Assembly (NCBI GenBank): GCA_965196605.1
Contig: CBDAKK010000008.1
Location: 539,257-603,256 of the forward strand
DNA length: 64,000 nucleotides
Direction of reading: 5' to 3'
Origin: Spirochaetia bacterium
Lineage (GTDB): Bacteria > Spirochaetota > Spirochaetia > WTKD01 > G963693115
How positions within the stretch are numbered: position 1 is the first letter of the stretch; each line of letters opens with the position of its first letter. The position numbers and the translations under genes are program-made. Below are positions 28,459 through 39,002 of this stretch, piece by piece. The notes below the pieces were generated by a model. It did not search any database. It was not told where the DNA came from and saw only the letters and a program-made list of their open reading frames with translations.

Positions 28459-30066
28459 TTAGACAAGACTTTGGAACACAAGCAAGAACACAAAGGTGAT
28501 AACAAAAAACGCTAGTAAGTAATAACTGTATTTTTCAAGCTTCCCGGGAACAACAAACCAACCATTATCTGTTTCGACTTTTCCCTGTTCCTTAAAAAGC
28601 AGCTGCTGCCCCTTAATGGAGTAGGGCGACCATGCCTGTTGCCTTCCATCCAGGGCAAGGCTCATGGGCAGTAAAACGGCAATGTTGACTGCAGCCCCAA
28701 TTACGGCGTACCACGGCCACGCTATGCTTGTGTAGGTTGAAACGAGAATAAGCACCACCATGCCCGCGGCAACACCTACAAGTAGCCCTTTTTCTGTTGT
28801 GTGCTTTGAGAAAAAACCCAAGCCATACATGCTAAGTCGTGCCCCCACAAAGTACGAACCGACCTTACTTAATATTTCCAGAATAGAACCCGTAGACTTT
28901 GTGTACATGAGCGCAGGAATGATAATAAGCACTGCCCAAATAATGGTAAAGTAGCGCGTGGCTTTTAAGTAGTGTTGGGGCGACTGCCCCTTTTTAAAGT
29001 AGCGCTCGTAAAAGTCGACTGTCGTACACGTTGCCAATGAATTAAACGCGGAGTCTAAACTCGACATGCTTGCTGCCATGACGGACGCCACAATGAGTCC
29101 CATAAGTCCGGGAATCTTCAATTCATCTATAAATTCAAGAATGATGGTGTTTGCATTATCAAAGCTTTTTCCGCCGTAATAGCTGTAAAACAAGGTGCCC
29201 ATGAGAATGAACAAAAAGTAAATAAAAAACGCAGCAAAGCCCATGAGCAAAAAGGACTTTTTCGCATCACCGATGTTTTTTGCGGCAAGCGTGCGTTGCA
29301 CCATCATTTGGTTAGCGCCGTACACCGTAGTGTGATAGAGCGACATTGCTATGACCCCCGCCCATATGGTAGTACTTTTAGTAAGATCAGCTGACCAGTC
29401 TATGGCGTTCATCTTGCCTGCGCTTTTTAACTCGCTCAGTGTTTCGCTTAATGGTATGGGCATTTTATGCATGAGTTGGTAAATTACAATAATGCCGCCG
29501 CCAAGCAACATGAGCGCTTGTAGCACATCCGTCCATATAACCGCGGTAATACCGCCCATCACCGTGTACAGCAAGGCAACAAGGGTTACAATGATGATGC
29601 AATAGACTACGGATATGCCGGTGATGTAGGCTATGACCAAGGCCGTGCCGTAGAGTATGGCCGCGGAAGACATTGCTTGACTTATGAAAAAGACAATGGA
29701 CATGATGATTCTCGATGTAGGGCCAAATCGCTTTTCTTGGTACTCATAAATAGAGGCAACATCGCTATTAAAAAAGAAGGGAAGGAAAAACGACATGACA
29801 ATTACCACGACAATGGGGTAGTTCATGTGTATTGCAATAACCGACAGGACTGTAGAGTATGACCATGCGGGAGCACCCAAAAAAGTCATTGCGCTTACGT
29901 AAGTGGCAAGCACTGACAGCCCTATAGCCCACCATGGCGTGGTTTTTCTTCCTACGTAAAAATCGCTTGCAGTTTCTACTTTTTTACTCAACAGAGCACC
30001 AAGCACTAAGGTAAGCACCATGTACAACAGCAATACTGCAAAGTTAAATGAACCAAATTCTGCCAT
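28459..30066 (-). CDS. sodium:solute symporter (SSS family)
   Basis: 535 aa with about 13 TM segments and the SSS-family organisation (conserved GG..V.YT.MGG region). First gene of the operon with the two SnoaL-like proteins. Confidence 0.7.
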   Translation of the reverse strand: MAEFGSFNFAVLLLYMVLTLVLGALLSKKVETASDFYVGRKTTPWWAIGLSVLATYVSAMTFLGAPAWSYSTVLSVIAIHMNYPIVVVIVMSFFLPFFFNSDVASIYEYQEKRFGPTSRIIMSIVFFISQAMSSAAILYGTALVIAYITGISVVYCIIIVTLVALLYTVMGGITAVIWTDVLQALMLLGGGIIVIYQLMHKMPIPLSETLSELKSAGKMNAIDWSADLTKSTTIWAGVIAMSLYHTTVYGANQMMVQRTLAAKNIGDAKKSFLLMGFAAFFIYFLFILMGTLFYSYYGGKSFDNANTIILEFIDELKIPGLMGLIVASVMAASMSSLDSAFNSLATCTTVDFYERYFKKGQSPQHYLKATRYFTIIWAVLIIIPALMYTKSTGSILEILSKVGSYFVGARLSMYGLGFFSKHTTEKGLLVGVAAGMVVLILVSTYTSIAWPWYAVIGAAVNIAVLLPMSLALDGRQQAWSPYSIKGQQLLFKEQGKVETDNGWFVVPGKLEKYSYYLLAFFVITFVFLLVFQSLV

Positions 30067-30315
30067 AATTCCCCCTTAAATTTTTTTGTGTCTTTGTACG
30101 CTTTCAAGTTAAGAACTTTAATATTATTGTATCAAGAATGCTCGAAAGAAATATGATGTATGCAAGGTGGTTTATAAAAGCTATAACACAATTGAAGGGG
30201 TGTTATTTGTAAGTGAGTAGTAGTAAAAACCAATCATGCCGGAGAATTCTGTTTCGTTCGTAGAAATTTGTGTACAAGCCCATTATGATGTCATGTGGTA
30301 TAATTTGAACGTAGT

Positions 30316-32034
30316 ATGGAAGAACCACAGAAAAATTCAGGCGATGCTTTACATTCTGCTCTTGCAGAAGTTGAGGCTGAAGGTGTAAAAGATTTTTCCG
30401 AGTACATGGAGGTTTCTCGGGACTTTGGTACTGTGTCTGAGGCGGAACAAAAAGAGCTTTCTAATACCGAGAAGGCACTGCAAAAAATACAAGAAGGAGA
30501 AAAAGAGTACTTACAGGAGTTTGAAAAATTTTATTCGGCTATACCTTTGCACCCGCCTAAGTCACAAGAGACGTATGACTTGCTGATTAACCCCAGTGCT
30601 TTTTATAAAACACTTATGGATTGGGGAGGCGAAGCTGCCAACAAGTTGCATGGCAACATACAGATGTTTTTATCAAACACAGATTCAAAGACACAACAGG
30701 TTGCCCGGCAGAGAATTATAACCTCTTATTGGAATTTTTATGAAGCTGTCATAGAAAATATAACGGGAGCGATGCCCGATGCCCTGTTATTCATGATGCG
30801 GTATGGTATTCTCATTAGTTCTTTGGTTTCAAAAGAGGTCTTGAGTGTTATTGCAAACATTGATATAAAGGCAGCCAATGAAACGACGTTTTATTATGTA
30901 GATGAATGGCTGAGCGCGGTTTCGTCTGGGGTGCTTACGCCTACCGTGCTTAATGAGCAAGGGCCGCAGAATGTGGGTGCAAACTTGGTTGCCATGAAGC
31001 AAAAAAAGGACAACATACAGAGGCAACAGGAACAAAAAATAAGCGCATGCCAAGGCCTAAACTCAGAGATGGGGCAGGTTTTTGACCAAGCAAAGGCTAT
31101 ATTAGACAAGCTTGAACATATGCGTAAGAATTCTGATTTTGATTTTGCTGCTCCCTACACCTCTACAGAGCTACAAGAGTTCAAAAATATTCACGAAGTA
31201 TTAAGATCGATTGTCGGTAAGAACTCTCAATTAGAAGTAGAGTATAATAGCGTTCTCTACAATAAAAAAAACTTGGATAGTTTAAGCGAAGAAGTTGCTG
31301 CATTGGAAGCAAAGGCGGATTCCTCTCAATCCAATGAACCGCAAATACATAAGAGTTTGATTGTCGATGAGCTTACCGTTGTAAGGCAGATGTGTAAGCT
31401 TTGCGTTGGTGCTCGTGGAAATCATTTTCCCCTTTTGTATAAAAGCTATTTTAGTAGTCCCTTTAAGAACATGGGGTATAGAGAACAAGCCGTGCAAGTC
31501 TTTAAAGAAATAGAGTCGATTGATTTTACGCTGTTTCAGAGAATTGTAAAAAGTAACGTCATGCGTAACGCACCCATTGTCTTGCTTGTGCCTTGTTATG
31601 GAAGCCGTGGTTTTTGCTGGGAGCCTTTTGAAAGAGGGCAGCGCAATACCAGTTCTTCAAAATTAGTTGTGCCAATGTATTCACGTGATTTATACACCGC
31701 GGTTGTCTATGCCGTAGGTGATTATCGCTGGCAAATAGCAAAAGAGCTAGCAGGACAATTTTGGATGAAAGAAGGACTTACGGGCTGGTACTTTCAATGG
31801 TTTGACTCAAATATCAAGAAGGGTGACATTAAGGAAAAATTCATAGAAGACTACATATTGTGGATGAAATGGGAACAAAAAGGCGTGCAAAAACTTTCCA
31901 AAGAAGTAAGAGAGATATTTTGGCGTTTTATTCCCTTTACGAGAAAGGTTAAGAAAACCCTTGTTAAAATGGGCCCCGTATATCGCGAACTTAGTAAGAA
32001 AGAGCAGAATCGCGCTGTTTCGGAGATGATGTAA
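30316..32034 (+). CDS. hypothetical cytoplasmic protein
   Basis: 572-aa ORF with coiled-coil-rich composition and no signal peptide. No recognisable domain. Confidence 0.5.
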   Translation: MEEPQKNSGDALHSALAEVEAEGVKDFSEYMEVSRDFGTVSEAEQKELSNTEKALQKIQEGEKEYLQEFEKFYSAIPLHPPKSQETYDLLINPSAFYKTLMDWGGEAANKLHGNIQMFLSNTDSKTQQVARQRIITSYWNFYEAVIENITGAMPDALLFMMRYGILISSLVSKEVLSVIANIDIKAANETTFYYVDEWLSAVSSGVLTPTVLNEQGPQNVGANLVAMKQKKDNIQRQQEQKISACQGLNSEMGQVFDQAKAILDKLEHMRKNSDFDFAAPYTSTELQEFKNIHEVLRSIVGKNSQLEVEYNSVLYNKKNLDSLSEEVAALEAKADSSQSNEPQIHKSLIVDELTVVRQMCKLCVGARGNHFPLLYKSYFSSPFKNMGYREQAVQVFKEIESIDFTLFQRIVKSNVMRNAPIVLLVPCYGSRGFCWEPFERGQRNTSSSKLVVPMYSRDLYTAVVYAVGDYRWQIAKELAGQFWMKEGLTGWYFQWFDSNIKKGDIKEKFIEDYILWMKWEQKGVQKLSKEVREIFWRFIPFTRKVKKTLVKMGPVYRELSKKEQNRAVSEMM

Positions 32035-32058
32035 ATTGCGCTTGCGATTGGAGGTATT

Positions 32059-32766
32059 ATGAAACGCTTATTATTTATACTTATTTTACTTGTTGTGACT
32101 TGGGCACTCTGCGCGCAGTCATCAAACACAAGTGAGCAAACCAACAAAGGAAACTGGCTTTTGAGCCGTGTTTCTTCAGATAAACAAGCAATGAATGCGA
32201 GTATAGAAACTGCCATTCGTTCGGGGCTCATGCCGCAGGCAATGGAGCGCAATGAAGACGGTGTGTTTTTAATGCTTTCTCAAACAACTCCACCTGCGCG
32301 TTTTAGCAAGAGTTGGCAGCTTTTGCGTTACGCTTCTGAACGGAAGCTGATGGAAGAAATGCGCGCGCTTGCACAAGAGGACTGGACGCCAATAGCCATG
32401 GACGTACAAGATGATGGCGCATTTGTGCAATACGTAAAAAACGGATTACGCATTACCAATGCGCGCATGATAAGAATTTCACAGAGCAGTGAAATTCAAG
32501 ACACCGTGCAAGTCTATCGCGACTTAGGATTTTTCCCCGCTGCCCTAAGCACGTATAAGGACGAACTGTGGTTTTTGTTTGCACAGTATGAAAACATGGC
32601 AGTCGAGGACTTTGAAATTTCTATCAAAAGTGGCGATGCTGTAAGCATAGAAGACATTATTGAACAGGGGCTGGCAAGTGAAAAAACACAGTTTATTGAT
32701 ATGGCAATAACCGTGGATAATCAAGTCATCATAGCCTTTATAGAGCCAATTACGCAAAGTCAATAA
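32059..32766 (+). CDS. hypothetical secreted protein
   Basis: 235 aa with signal peptide LLVVTWALCAQS. Confidence 0.5.
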   Translation: MKRLLFILILLVVTWALCAQSSNTSEQTNKGNWLLSRVSSDKQAMNASIETAIRSGLMPQAMERNEDGVFLMLSQTTPPARFSKSWQLLRYASERKLMEEMRALAQEDWTPIAMDVQDDGAFVQYVKNGLRITNARMIRISQSSEIQDTVQVYRDLGFFPAALSTYKDELWFLFAQYENMAVEDFEISIKSGDAVSIEDIIEQGLASEKTQFIDMAITVDNQVIIAFIEPITQSQ

Positions 32767-32839
32767 TGCATAAGCGCGCAAGGCGTGTGGAAAAATTTAA
32801 GGTTTTAGGAAGTTTTGTTGCTCTCAAAAAGCGCTAGAA

Positions 32840-33268
32840 CTACCCCTTGAAGTCCATGTTATGCTTGTTGAAAAATTGCGGGAGGAGTTCTTCCATGCTC
32901 CACGTTTTGTACGCATTTCCCTTAAGGTTTGTGCATATGATGATGGTGTGCTCACTAGCAAACTCTGCCGTAACTTGCCGACACGCGCCGCACATGCTCA
33001 CAGGTTCTTGAGTGTCCGCTATAACTAGCAAGGTGTGTAACTGCCGCATGCCATGCGCCGCAGCGGTAAACAAAGCCACGCGCTCTGCACAGCAAGAGAG
33101 TCCGTACGAGGCATTTTCTATGTTAGCCCCCGAATACAGTGCGCCGCTCTCAGTACACAAGGCTGCGCCAACCTTAAAGTGAGAATACGGCACATAGGCC
33201 TTTTCGCGTACTTCGCGCGCTTGCTCCAGTAGCTTCTCGCGCAACTTCTCGTTGTCTTCTTGCAGCAT
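32840..33268 (-). CDS. cdd: cytidine deaminase
   Basis: Zinc-binding motifs CAERVALFTAAAHG and SMCGACRQV. The ORF-track start (33298) overlaps deoC; an internal Met (about 33268) is more likely. Confidence 0.85.
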   Translation of the reverse strand: MLQEDNEKLREKLLEQAREVREKAYVPYSHFKVGAALCTESGALYSGANIENASYGLSCCAERVALFTAAAHGMRQLHTLLVIADTQEPVSMCGACRQVTAEFASEHTIIICTNLKGNAYKTWSMEELLPQFFNKHNMDFKG

Positions 33269-33269
33269 A

Positions 33270-33998
33270 TCAATACTTCCCCTTATTCTCATCTGCATTT
33301 TCAGCAGCGCGCATTTGCACTATGTCCACACCCGCGCTTGTACCAATTCTATCAGCGCCCGCTTCAATCATGGCACGGGCAGTCGCATAATTCCGTATGC
33401 CCCCCGCAGCCTTTACGCGCGCCTTTTTTCCAACTACACGCTTCATAAGACGTACATGCTCTACCGTAGCCCCAGCGTCCCCAAAGCCCGTGGAGGTTTT
33501 TACAAACTCAGCGCCCGCGCTTATGCACATTTCGCACAGCCGCACTATGTCCTCCTCTAAGAGGTAGCAGGTCTCAATAATAACCTTAAGCAGCGCATGC
33601 GTGTTTTTCACGGCATTGCTTGCTTTGCCAATTGCCTCACGCACCGCGCGTATTTCCTGCAAGACGTAGTCGTAGTCTTGGGAAAAATACGCGCCCAATG
33701 AAACCACCATGTCTATTTCCGTAACACCCTGTGTTACTAAATGCTGCGCCTCACGCGCCTTGCATGCGCTACTCTCATTGCCAAGCGGAAAGCCCACAAC
33801 TGAACAAACACGCGTTGCGCAGCCCTCAAGCTCATGCACACACAAGCTAGCCCACTGGCCGCTTACACACACACAAGCAAACTCATGCGTCCTCGCCTCT
33901 TTGCACAAGGCCACTATATCGCTGCGCTGCGCTGTGGCTTTGAGTACCGTTGCATCTATATATGACGCTATGTCTTTCTCCATCATCAACTCCTCCAA
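33270..33998 (-). CDS. deoC: deoxyribose-phosphate aldolase
   Basis: IDATVLKATA N-terminal motif and Schiff-base lysine region VKTSTGF. Confidence 0.85.
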   Translation of the reverse strand: MEELMMEKDIASYIDATVLKATAQRSDIVALCKEARTHEFACVCVSGQWASLCVHELEGCATRVCSVVGFPLGNESSACKAREAQHLVTQGVTEIDMVVSLGAYFSQDYDYVLQEIRAVREAIGKASNAVKNTHALLKVIIETCYLLEEDIVRLCEMCISAGAEFVKTSTGFGDAGATVEHVRLMKRVVGKKARVKAAGGIRNYATARAMIEAGADRIGTSAGVDIVQMRAAENADENKGKY

Positions 33999-34000
33999 AT

Positions 34001-35317
34001 TTATAACACTTCGTAAATAAGCGGCACAGAGGGTGCAGCATCTGAAGTAGTATACGCCGACTGTATAAGCGCACTCACTTCATCCCGCGTGTGCTCACTC
34101 ATCCCGCGTGCATAATATATACGTGCAAGCGCCTCTCCTTTTTCCAGTTTCTCCCCGGGCTTTTTATGCAGCACTATTCCAACCGCGTGATCTATATCGT
34201 CGCTCTTTGTCTTTCTTCCCGCGCCCAGCATCATGGCAGCCGTACCAATGCGCTGCGCATCAATGGCTTGCACCACCTGCGCGCCCCCGCTGTCCTCGTC
34301 ATAAACAACCTCCATATGCTGCGGCTTACCCATATATGACTTCTCTTCAAGCTCTCGCGGGTCTGCTCCACAGCACACAATAAAGCGCTCTAACATCGTC
34401 AAGGCCTTACCCGTTTTTATAACACCCTCTACCAGCACCTTGCCCGCTTCATATTTTTTTACATCTCCCCGTGCAAGCAACGCCATGCCTGCAAGCGCGC
34501 AGGTGAGTTCGTACACATCACTCGGAGTTTCTTCCCCGCGCAGCATGCTAACGGCCTCATGTACCTCTAGCGCATTCCCCACCGCGCTACCAAGCGGCTG
34601 TCCCATGTCCGAAAGTACGCAGCGCACGTCGCGCCCCGCGCCCTCTCCAATTTTTTTCATGGTCCTTGCCAAAGCGCTTGCGGACGCTACATCCTTCATA
34701 AACGCGCCTGAACCAACCTTCACATCAAGCACTATTGCATTAGACGAGACAGCAAGCTTCTTACTCATAATAGACGAGGCGATGAGCGGAATGCTCTGCA
34801 CGGTACCCGTAACATCGCGCAAGCTGTAGAGTTTTTTATCCAGCGGCACTATGCGCTCTGAATAACTCATGAGCGCCATGTTAGACTCCTTGAGCGTCCT
34901 TTCTATTGCACTGTCCTCCGAAGAAAAGTGGAAGTTCTGCAATGACTCAAGCTTGTCCACCGTGCCGCCCGTGTGCCCAAGCCCGCGCCCGCTAATCTTG
35001 AGCACGGCAAAATCAAGTGCCGCGAGTATGGGAAGGAGCGTAAGGCTTATTTTATCACCCACGCCCCCAGTCGAATGTTTATCTATAACGTACTTGTCAC
35101 TTGGCACGCTTATGGTCTGCCCTGAAGCACGCATGGCCTCGGTTAATGCAGAAAGCTCAGCATCATTCATGCCGTTAAAATACACCGCCATAAGCAGCGC
35201 GCTCATTTGATAGTCGGGAATATCACCCCTTTGATAGGCTTCGCACATCTCGCCTATGGCCTCAGGCCTAAGCGCCTGAGCATTGCGTTTTTCCACAATG
35301 CAATCAACCATTCTCAT
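34001..35317 (-). CDS. pdp: pyrimidine-nucleoside (thymidine) phosphorylase
   Basis: Conserved DKHSTGGVGDKISL phosphate-binding motif. 438 aa. Confidence 0.85.
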   Translation of the reverse strand: MRMVDCIVEKRNAQALRPEAIGEMCEAYQRGDIPDYQMSALLMAVYFNGMNDAELSALTEAMRASGQTISVPSDKYVIDKHSTGGVGDKISLTLLPILAALDFAVLKISGRGLGHTGGTVDKLESLQNFHFSSEDSAIERTLKESNMALMSYSERIVPLDKKLYSLRDVTGTVQSIPLIASSIMSKKLAVSSNAIVLDVKVGSGAFMKDVASASALARTMKKIGEGAGRDVRCVLSDMGQPLGSAVGNALEVHEAVSMLRGEETPSDVYELTCALAGMALLARGDVKKYEAGKVLVEGVIKTGKALTMLERFIVCCGADPRELEEKSYMGKPQHMEVVYDEDSGGAQVVQAIDAQRIGTAAMMLGAGRKTKSDDIDHAVGIVLHKKPGEKLEKGEALARIYYARGMSEHTRDEVSALIQSAYTTSDAAPSVPLIYEVL

Positions 35318-35320
35318 ACG

Positions 35321-36265
35321 TTACCGAGCTCCTTTTTCATATGGTATGCCGAGTGCTTTAGGAACCACTGTTTTACGACTAAAACCAACAAGCGCAAGCA
35401 CTGTCAAAACGTAGGGCAATGCCTTAAAGGCTTCGAGCGGGAGGAAGGCCAAAAACGCAATGTCGTTTGAATAAATGACAAGTATTTGCGAAAACCCAAA
35501 AAACAAGGAAGCAGCCATAACCCCCAGCGGCTTCCACTGCCCAAAAATGAGCGCGGCAAGGGCAATGAACCCCGTGCCATGTACGCTACTCACCGAATAT
35601 TGTGTGTCTTGTGTCAGCACCATGATGCCGCCTGCAAGTCCCGCACAAAGCCCCGAAATAATCACCCCCGCATAACGCATGTAGCTAACGTGTATACCCG
35701 CGCTGTCTACCGCTTGCGGGTGTTCACCTGTAGCGCGCAGGCGTAAGCCAAAGGTGGTTTTGCTAATAACAAACCACGCCACTACAATACACACAATCCC
35801 CAGATATACGGGAGCGTATATATTGGTGAAAAACATGTCCCCTACAATGGGAATGTCTTGCAAGAGTGGAACAGACACCTTTGAAAAGCCGCGTTGAAAG
35901 GCCTGCGTGCGCTGCTGTCCAAAGAATATCTCACAAAAGTATATGGTAGAACCAAGCGCAAAAAAGTTTAGCGCTGTTGCCGATATAATCTGATCTCCTT
36001 TCATGCTCACGCTTATGAATGCATGAATAGTAGCCACCGCCGCGCCTATAAGCGCTCCTACAAATATTGCGAGCCATGGTGCAAAAGCTGTAAGCGGCTC
36101 CAAGACCACGGTGATACTAGCTGCAACAAAGGCGCCAATCATCATAAGCCCCTCAAGCGCTATGTTGGTAACACCACTGCGTTCAGAAAAAAGCCCACCC
36201 AATCCTGCTATGACTATGGGCAAGGAATACGTGAGCGTTTGACTCATCACTGCTGAAAGATTCAC
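35321..36265 (-). CDS. nucleoside ABC transporter permease (BMP-family system, RnsD/NupQ-like)
   Basis: Polytopic membrane protein in an operon with the BMP lipoprotein and the tandem-NBD ATPase. Confidence 0.75.
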   Translation of the reverse strand: MNLSAVMSQTLTYSLPIVIAGLGGLFSERSGVTNIALEGLMMIGAFVAASITVVLEPLTAFAPWLAIFVGALIGAAVATIHAFISVSMKGDQIISATALNFFALGSTIYFCEIFFGQQRTQAFQRGFSKVSVPLLQDIPIVGDMFFTNIYAPVYLGIVCIVVAWFVISKTTFGLRLRATGEHPQAVDSAGIHVSYMRYAGVIISGLCAGLAGGIMVLTQDTQYSVSSVHGTGFIALAALIFGQWKPLGVMAASLFFGFSQILVIYSNDIAFLAFLPLEAFKALPYVLTVLALVGFSRKTVVPKALGIPYEKGAR

Positions 36266-37371
36266 TTTGAGCCTCCTGTACCCCTATGCATGCGCTTTAT
36301 GCGATGGTAGGCAAGCGCATCTTGTAAGCCACGCTTCATTGCTATAAAAAAGATGATGGAGGCAATTACTATGATGGTAATGTCCTTGGAAACTCGCTGC
36401 ACTTGCATGATGGGCTGTGCCGCCTGCAAGGAACCAAAGAGCAGTCCCGAGTACAAAACGCCCAGCGCGTTGTTGTTACCGAGCAGCGCAACCGCTATGC
36501 CATTAAACCCAAAGTTTTCAAAGGCAATAAGTATGCGTCCGTAGTTGTAGGTACCTATGGTTATAAAAACACCCGCCAAGCCCGCAAAGCCACCAGATAT
36601 TGCCATGGAAAGCACAATGTTGCGCTTGACATGCATGCCCGCGTGCCGCGCAGCAAAAGGGTTGCCACCCGTTGCCTTGAGCGTAAAGCCCAAAGTGGTG
36701 CGCTCTGCTATAACGTAAAACACAATAAACGCGACAACACTTACCCCTATGCCCCAGTGCAAGCGTGAATTGTTGGTAAGCGCGCTCAGAAACTCACTAT
36801 GCAAAAGCGCACTTTGCGGGAACAACGCCGTCTTGGTATTAACGCTATCCGGCAGTGAACGTATGATGAAGTTAGCTCCATAAAGCGCTATGTAGTTGAG
36901 CATAATGGTCACCACCACTTCATGCGCTTGAAACACCGCCTTGAGTACTCCCGGTATCAAGCCCCACAGCATGCCCATGAGCACCCCAGAAGCTATGACC
37001 ACCACAAAATGGAGTCCCGCGATGGGAGGAAAACACAGCGCTGCGACGCTACTTGCAGCCGAGGCAGCTATAATCTGCCCTTCCGCGCCTATGTTAAACA
37101 AACCCGCCCTAAATGCAAATGCAACGGCAAGCCCCGTCATCCACAGCGGCATCACCGATACAAAAAACTCGCCTACATAGCGCGCATTAAACAACCTGCC
37201 CCCGCGCGCTAGTGCAGCAAAATCTATACCCGTGGCACCGCGTATCATCGACTGTATGAGTATAAGCGGATTGTAACCACTGATGAGCATGAGCAAAAGC
37301 CCCAAAGCCATGCCGCTAAAAATGGAAATAAAAAACAATAGGTTTGCATCGTGCTTATGATTCATTGCCAC
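36262..37371 (-). CDS. nucleoside ABC transporter permease (RnsC/NupP-like)
   Basis: 369-aa polytopic membrane protein. Overlaps its neighbours by 4 and 10 nt. Confidence 0.75.
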   Translation of the reverse strand: MAMNHKHDANLLFFISIFSGMALGLLLMLISGYNPLILIQSMIRGATGIDFAALARGGRLFNARYVGEFFVSVMPLWMTGLAVAFAFRAGLFNIGAEGQIIAASAASSVAALCFPPIAGLHFVVVIASGVLMGMLWGLIPGVLKAVFQAHEVVVTIMLNYIALYGANFIIRSLPDSVNTKTALFPQSALLHSEFLSALTNNSRLHWGIGVSVVAFIVFYVIAERTTLGFTLKATGGNPFAARHAGMHVKRNIVLSMAISGGFAGLAGVFITIGTYNYGRILIAFENFGFNGIAVALLGNNNALGVLYSGLLFGSLQAAQPIMQVQRVSKDITIIVIASIIFFIAMKRGLQDALAYHRIKRMHRGTGGSK

Positions 37372-38942
37372 TCCTGCGTAAGCTTCATGGGGACAGAACT
37401 TGTCATTGCAAGCCCCAGCTGCCTTTCATTGGTTTCGCTCGTTGCCACGCGCTCGGTAATTTGCCCCTTGCTTAAAACCGCAATGCTGTCGGTAAGCTTT
37501 AAGAGCTCATCGAGATCATAAGAAATAAGCAGCACGGCAGCACCACGATCGCGCTCTACAAGCATGCGCTTATGCACGTACTCTATGGCTCCTATATCCA
37601 AACCCCGCGTAGGTTGAATGGCCAACAGCACCTTAGGAATACGAGCTATCTCCCGCGCTATGATGGCCTTTTGTTGGTTTCCACCCGACATACTCGCGGT
37701 ATCGGTAAGCCACCCTTCCCCGCAACGTATGTCAAAGTTCTGTATCAAAGTATCCGCATGCTCATGTATGGCCTCCGGCTGTAGGGTGCCATGCCGTGAA
37801 AAGGGCACTTTGTAATAGTCGCTGAGCACAATGTTTTCACCCAGCATAAAATGTGGCACCATACCAAACTTATGCCTATCCTCAGGTATGCACGCAAGCC
37901 CATGCGATATGCGATGCCGTATATCCATGCCCGTAATGTCTACCCCATCGAGTATTACGCTACCCTGTGTAGGCGCAAGCAAGCCCACAATAACATCACT
38001 TAACTCATGCTGTCCATTCCCCTCAATACCCGCTATACCCAGTATCTCTCCCGCATACAAAGTAACGTTACAATTGCGCAGTTTTTCAACACCCCTCTCG
38101 TTGGTAAAGCTAATATTAGCAAGCTCAAGCTGCACCTTCTCGCCATGCGTAGGACGCTTCTCCAAAGAAAAACTCACCGGACGCCCCACCATCATCTGAG
38201 CAAGCGCTTCCTTACTTGTGTCTTGCACATCAACAGTACCAATGCTCAAACCCTTACGCAACACCGTGCAACTGTCAGCAACCGCGAGTATCTCCTTAAG
38301 CTTATGCGTAATAAAAATAATCGACTTACCCTCTTGCACAAGCCTTTTCATAATGGCAAGCAAGTCCTCAATCTCCTGTGGCGTTAAGACTGCCGTTGGC
38401 TCATCAAATATCAAAATGTCGCTCTTGCGGTACAGCATCTTCAAAATTTCAACACGTTGCTGCATGCTCACAGGAATGCTGTCTATGCGTGCATCCAAGT
38501 CAACCTTAAGCCCCACGGCGTTTGACATGGCGCTAATATCTGCATACGACTGCTTCTTTTCAAACATGCCGAGCACATTGTTCTTCTCAACTCCCAGTAT
38601 GATGTTCTCAAACACACTGAAATTTTCCACAAGGTGAAAATGCTGATGCACCATGCCTATACCATATCTCGTAGCATCATTGGGGTTGCGGATGCGTGAC
38701 TTCTCCCCCCGTATGTAAATTTCGCCGCTATCGGGCTCATAAAGTCCAAAAAGCAAACTCATGAGCGTGGACTTCCCCGCGCCATTTTCTCCGAGTATTG
38801 CGTGAATCTCTCCCTGCCTTACACGCAAAGTCACGCTGTCATTGGCAACCACCCCCGGAAACTGCTTAGTAATGCCTTGCATTTCCACTACATACGGCGA
38901 TGCGACAGAGGACAATGCAGTATCTTGATCTTGTATTTCCAT
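37362..38942 (-). CDS. nucleoside ABC transporter ATP-binding protein with two NBDs (RnsA/NupO-like)
   Basis: Walker A GENGAGKST, signature motifs and a second NBD (GIAGIEGNGQHEL...MSGGNQQKAIIAREI). 526 aa. Confidence 0.85.
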   Translation of the reverse strand: MEIQDQDTALSSVASPYVVEMQGITKQFPGVVANDSVTLRVRQGEIHAILGENGAGKSTLMSLLFGLYEPDSGEIYIRGEKSRIRNPNDATRYGIGMVHQHFHLVENFSVFENIILGVEKNNVLGMFEKKQSYADISAMSNAVGLKVDLDARIDSIPVSMQQRVEILKMLYRKSDILIFDEPTAVLTPQEIEDLLAIMKRLVQEGKSIIFITHKLKEILAVADSCTVLRKGLSIGTVDVQDTSKEALAQMMVGRPVSFSLEKRPTHGEKVQLELANISFTNERGVEKLRNCNVTLYAGEILGIAGIEGNGQHELSDVIVGLLAPTQGSVILDGVDITGMDIRHRISHGLACIPEDRHKFGMVPHFMLGENIVLSDYYKVPFSRHGTLQPEAIHEHADTLIQNFDIRCGEGWLTDTASMSGGNQQKAIIAREIARIPKVLLAIQPTRGLDIGAIEYVHKRMLVERDRGAAVLLISYDLDELLKLTDSIAVLSKGQITERVATSETNERQLGLAMTSSVPMKLTQEWQ

Positions 38943-39002
38943 AAGTCAAAAAACAAAAAAAGCCGTAGACATATGCTGCGACTTTTATTGGTGCTCCTCC
39001 TA

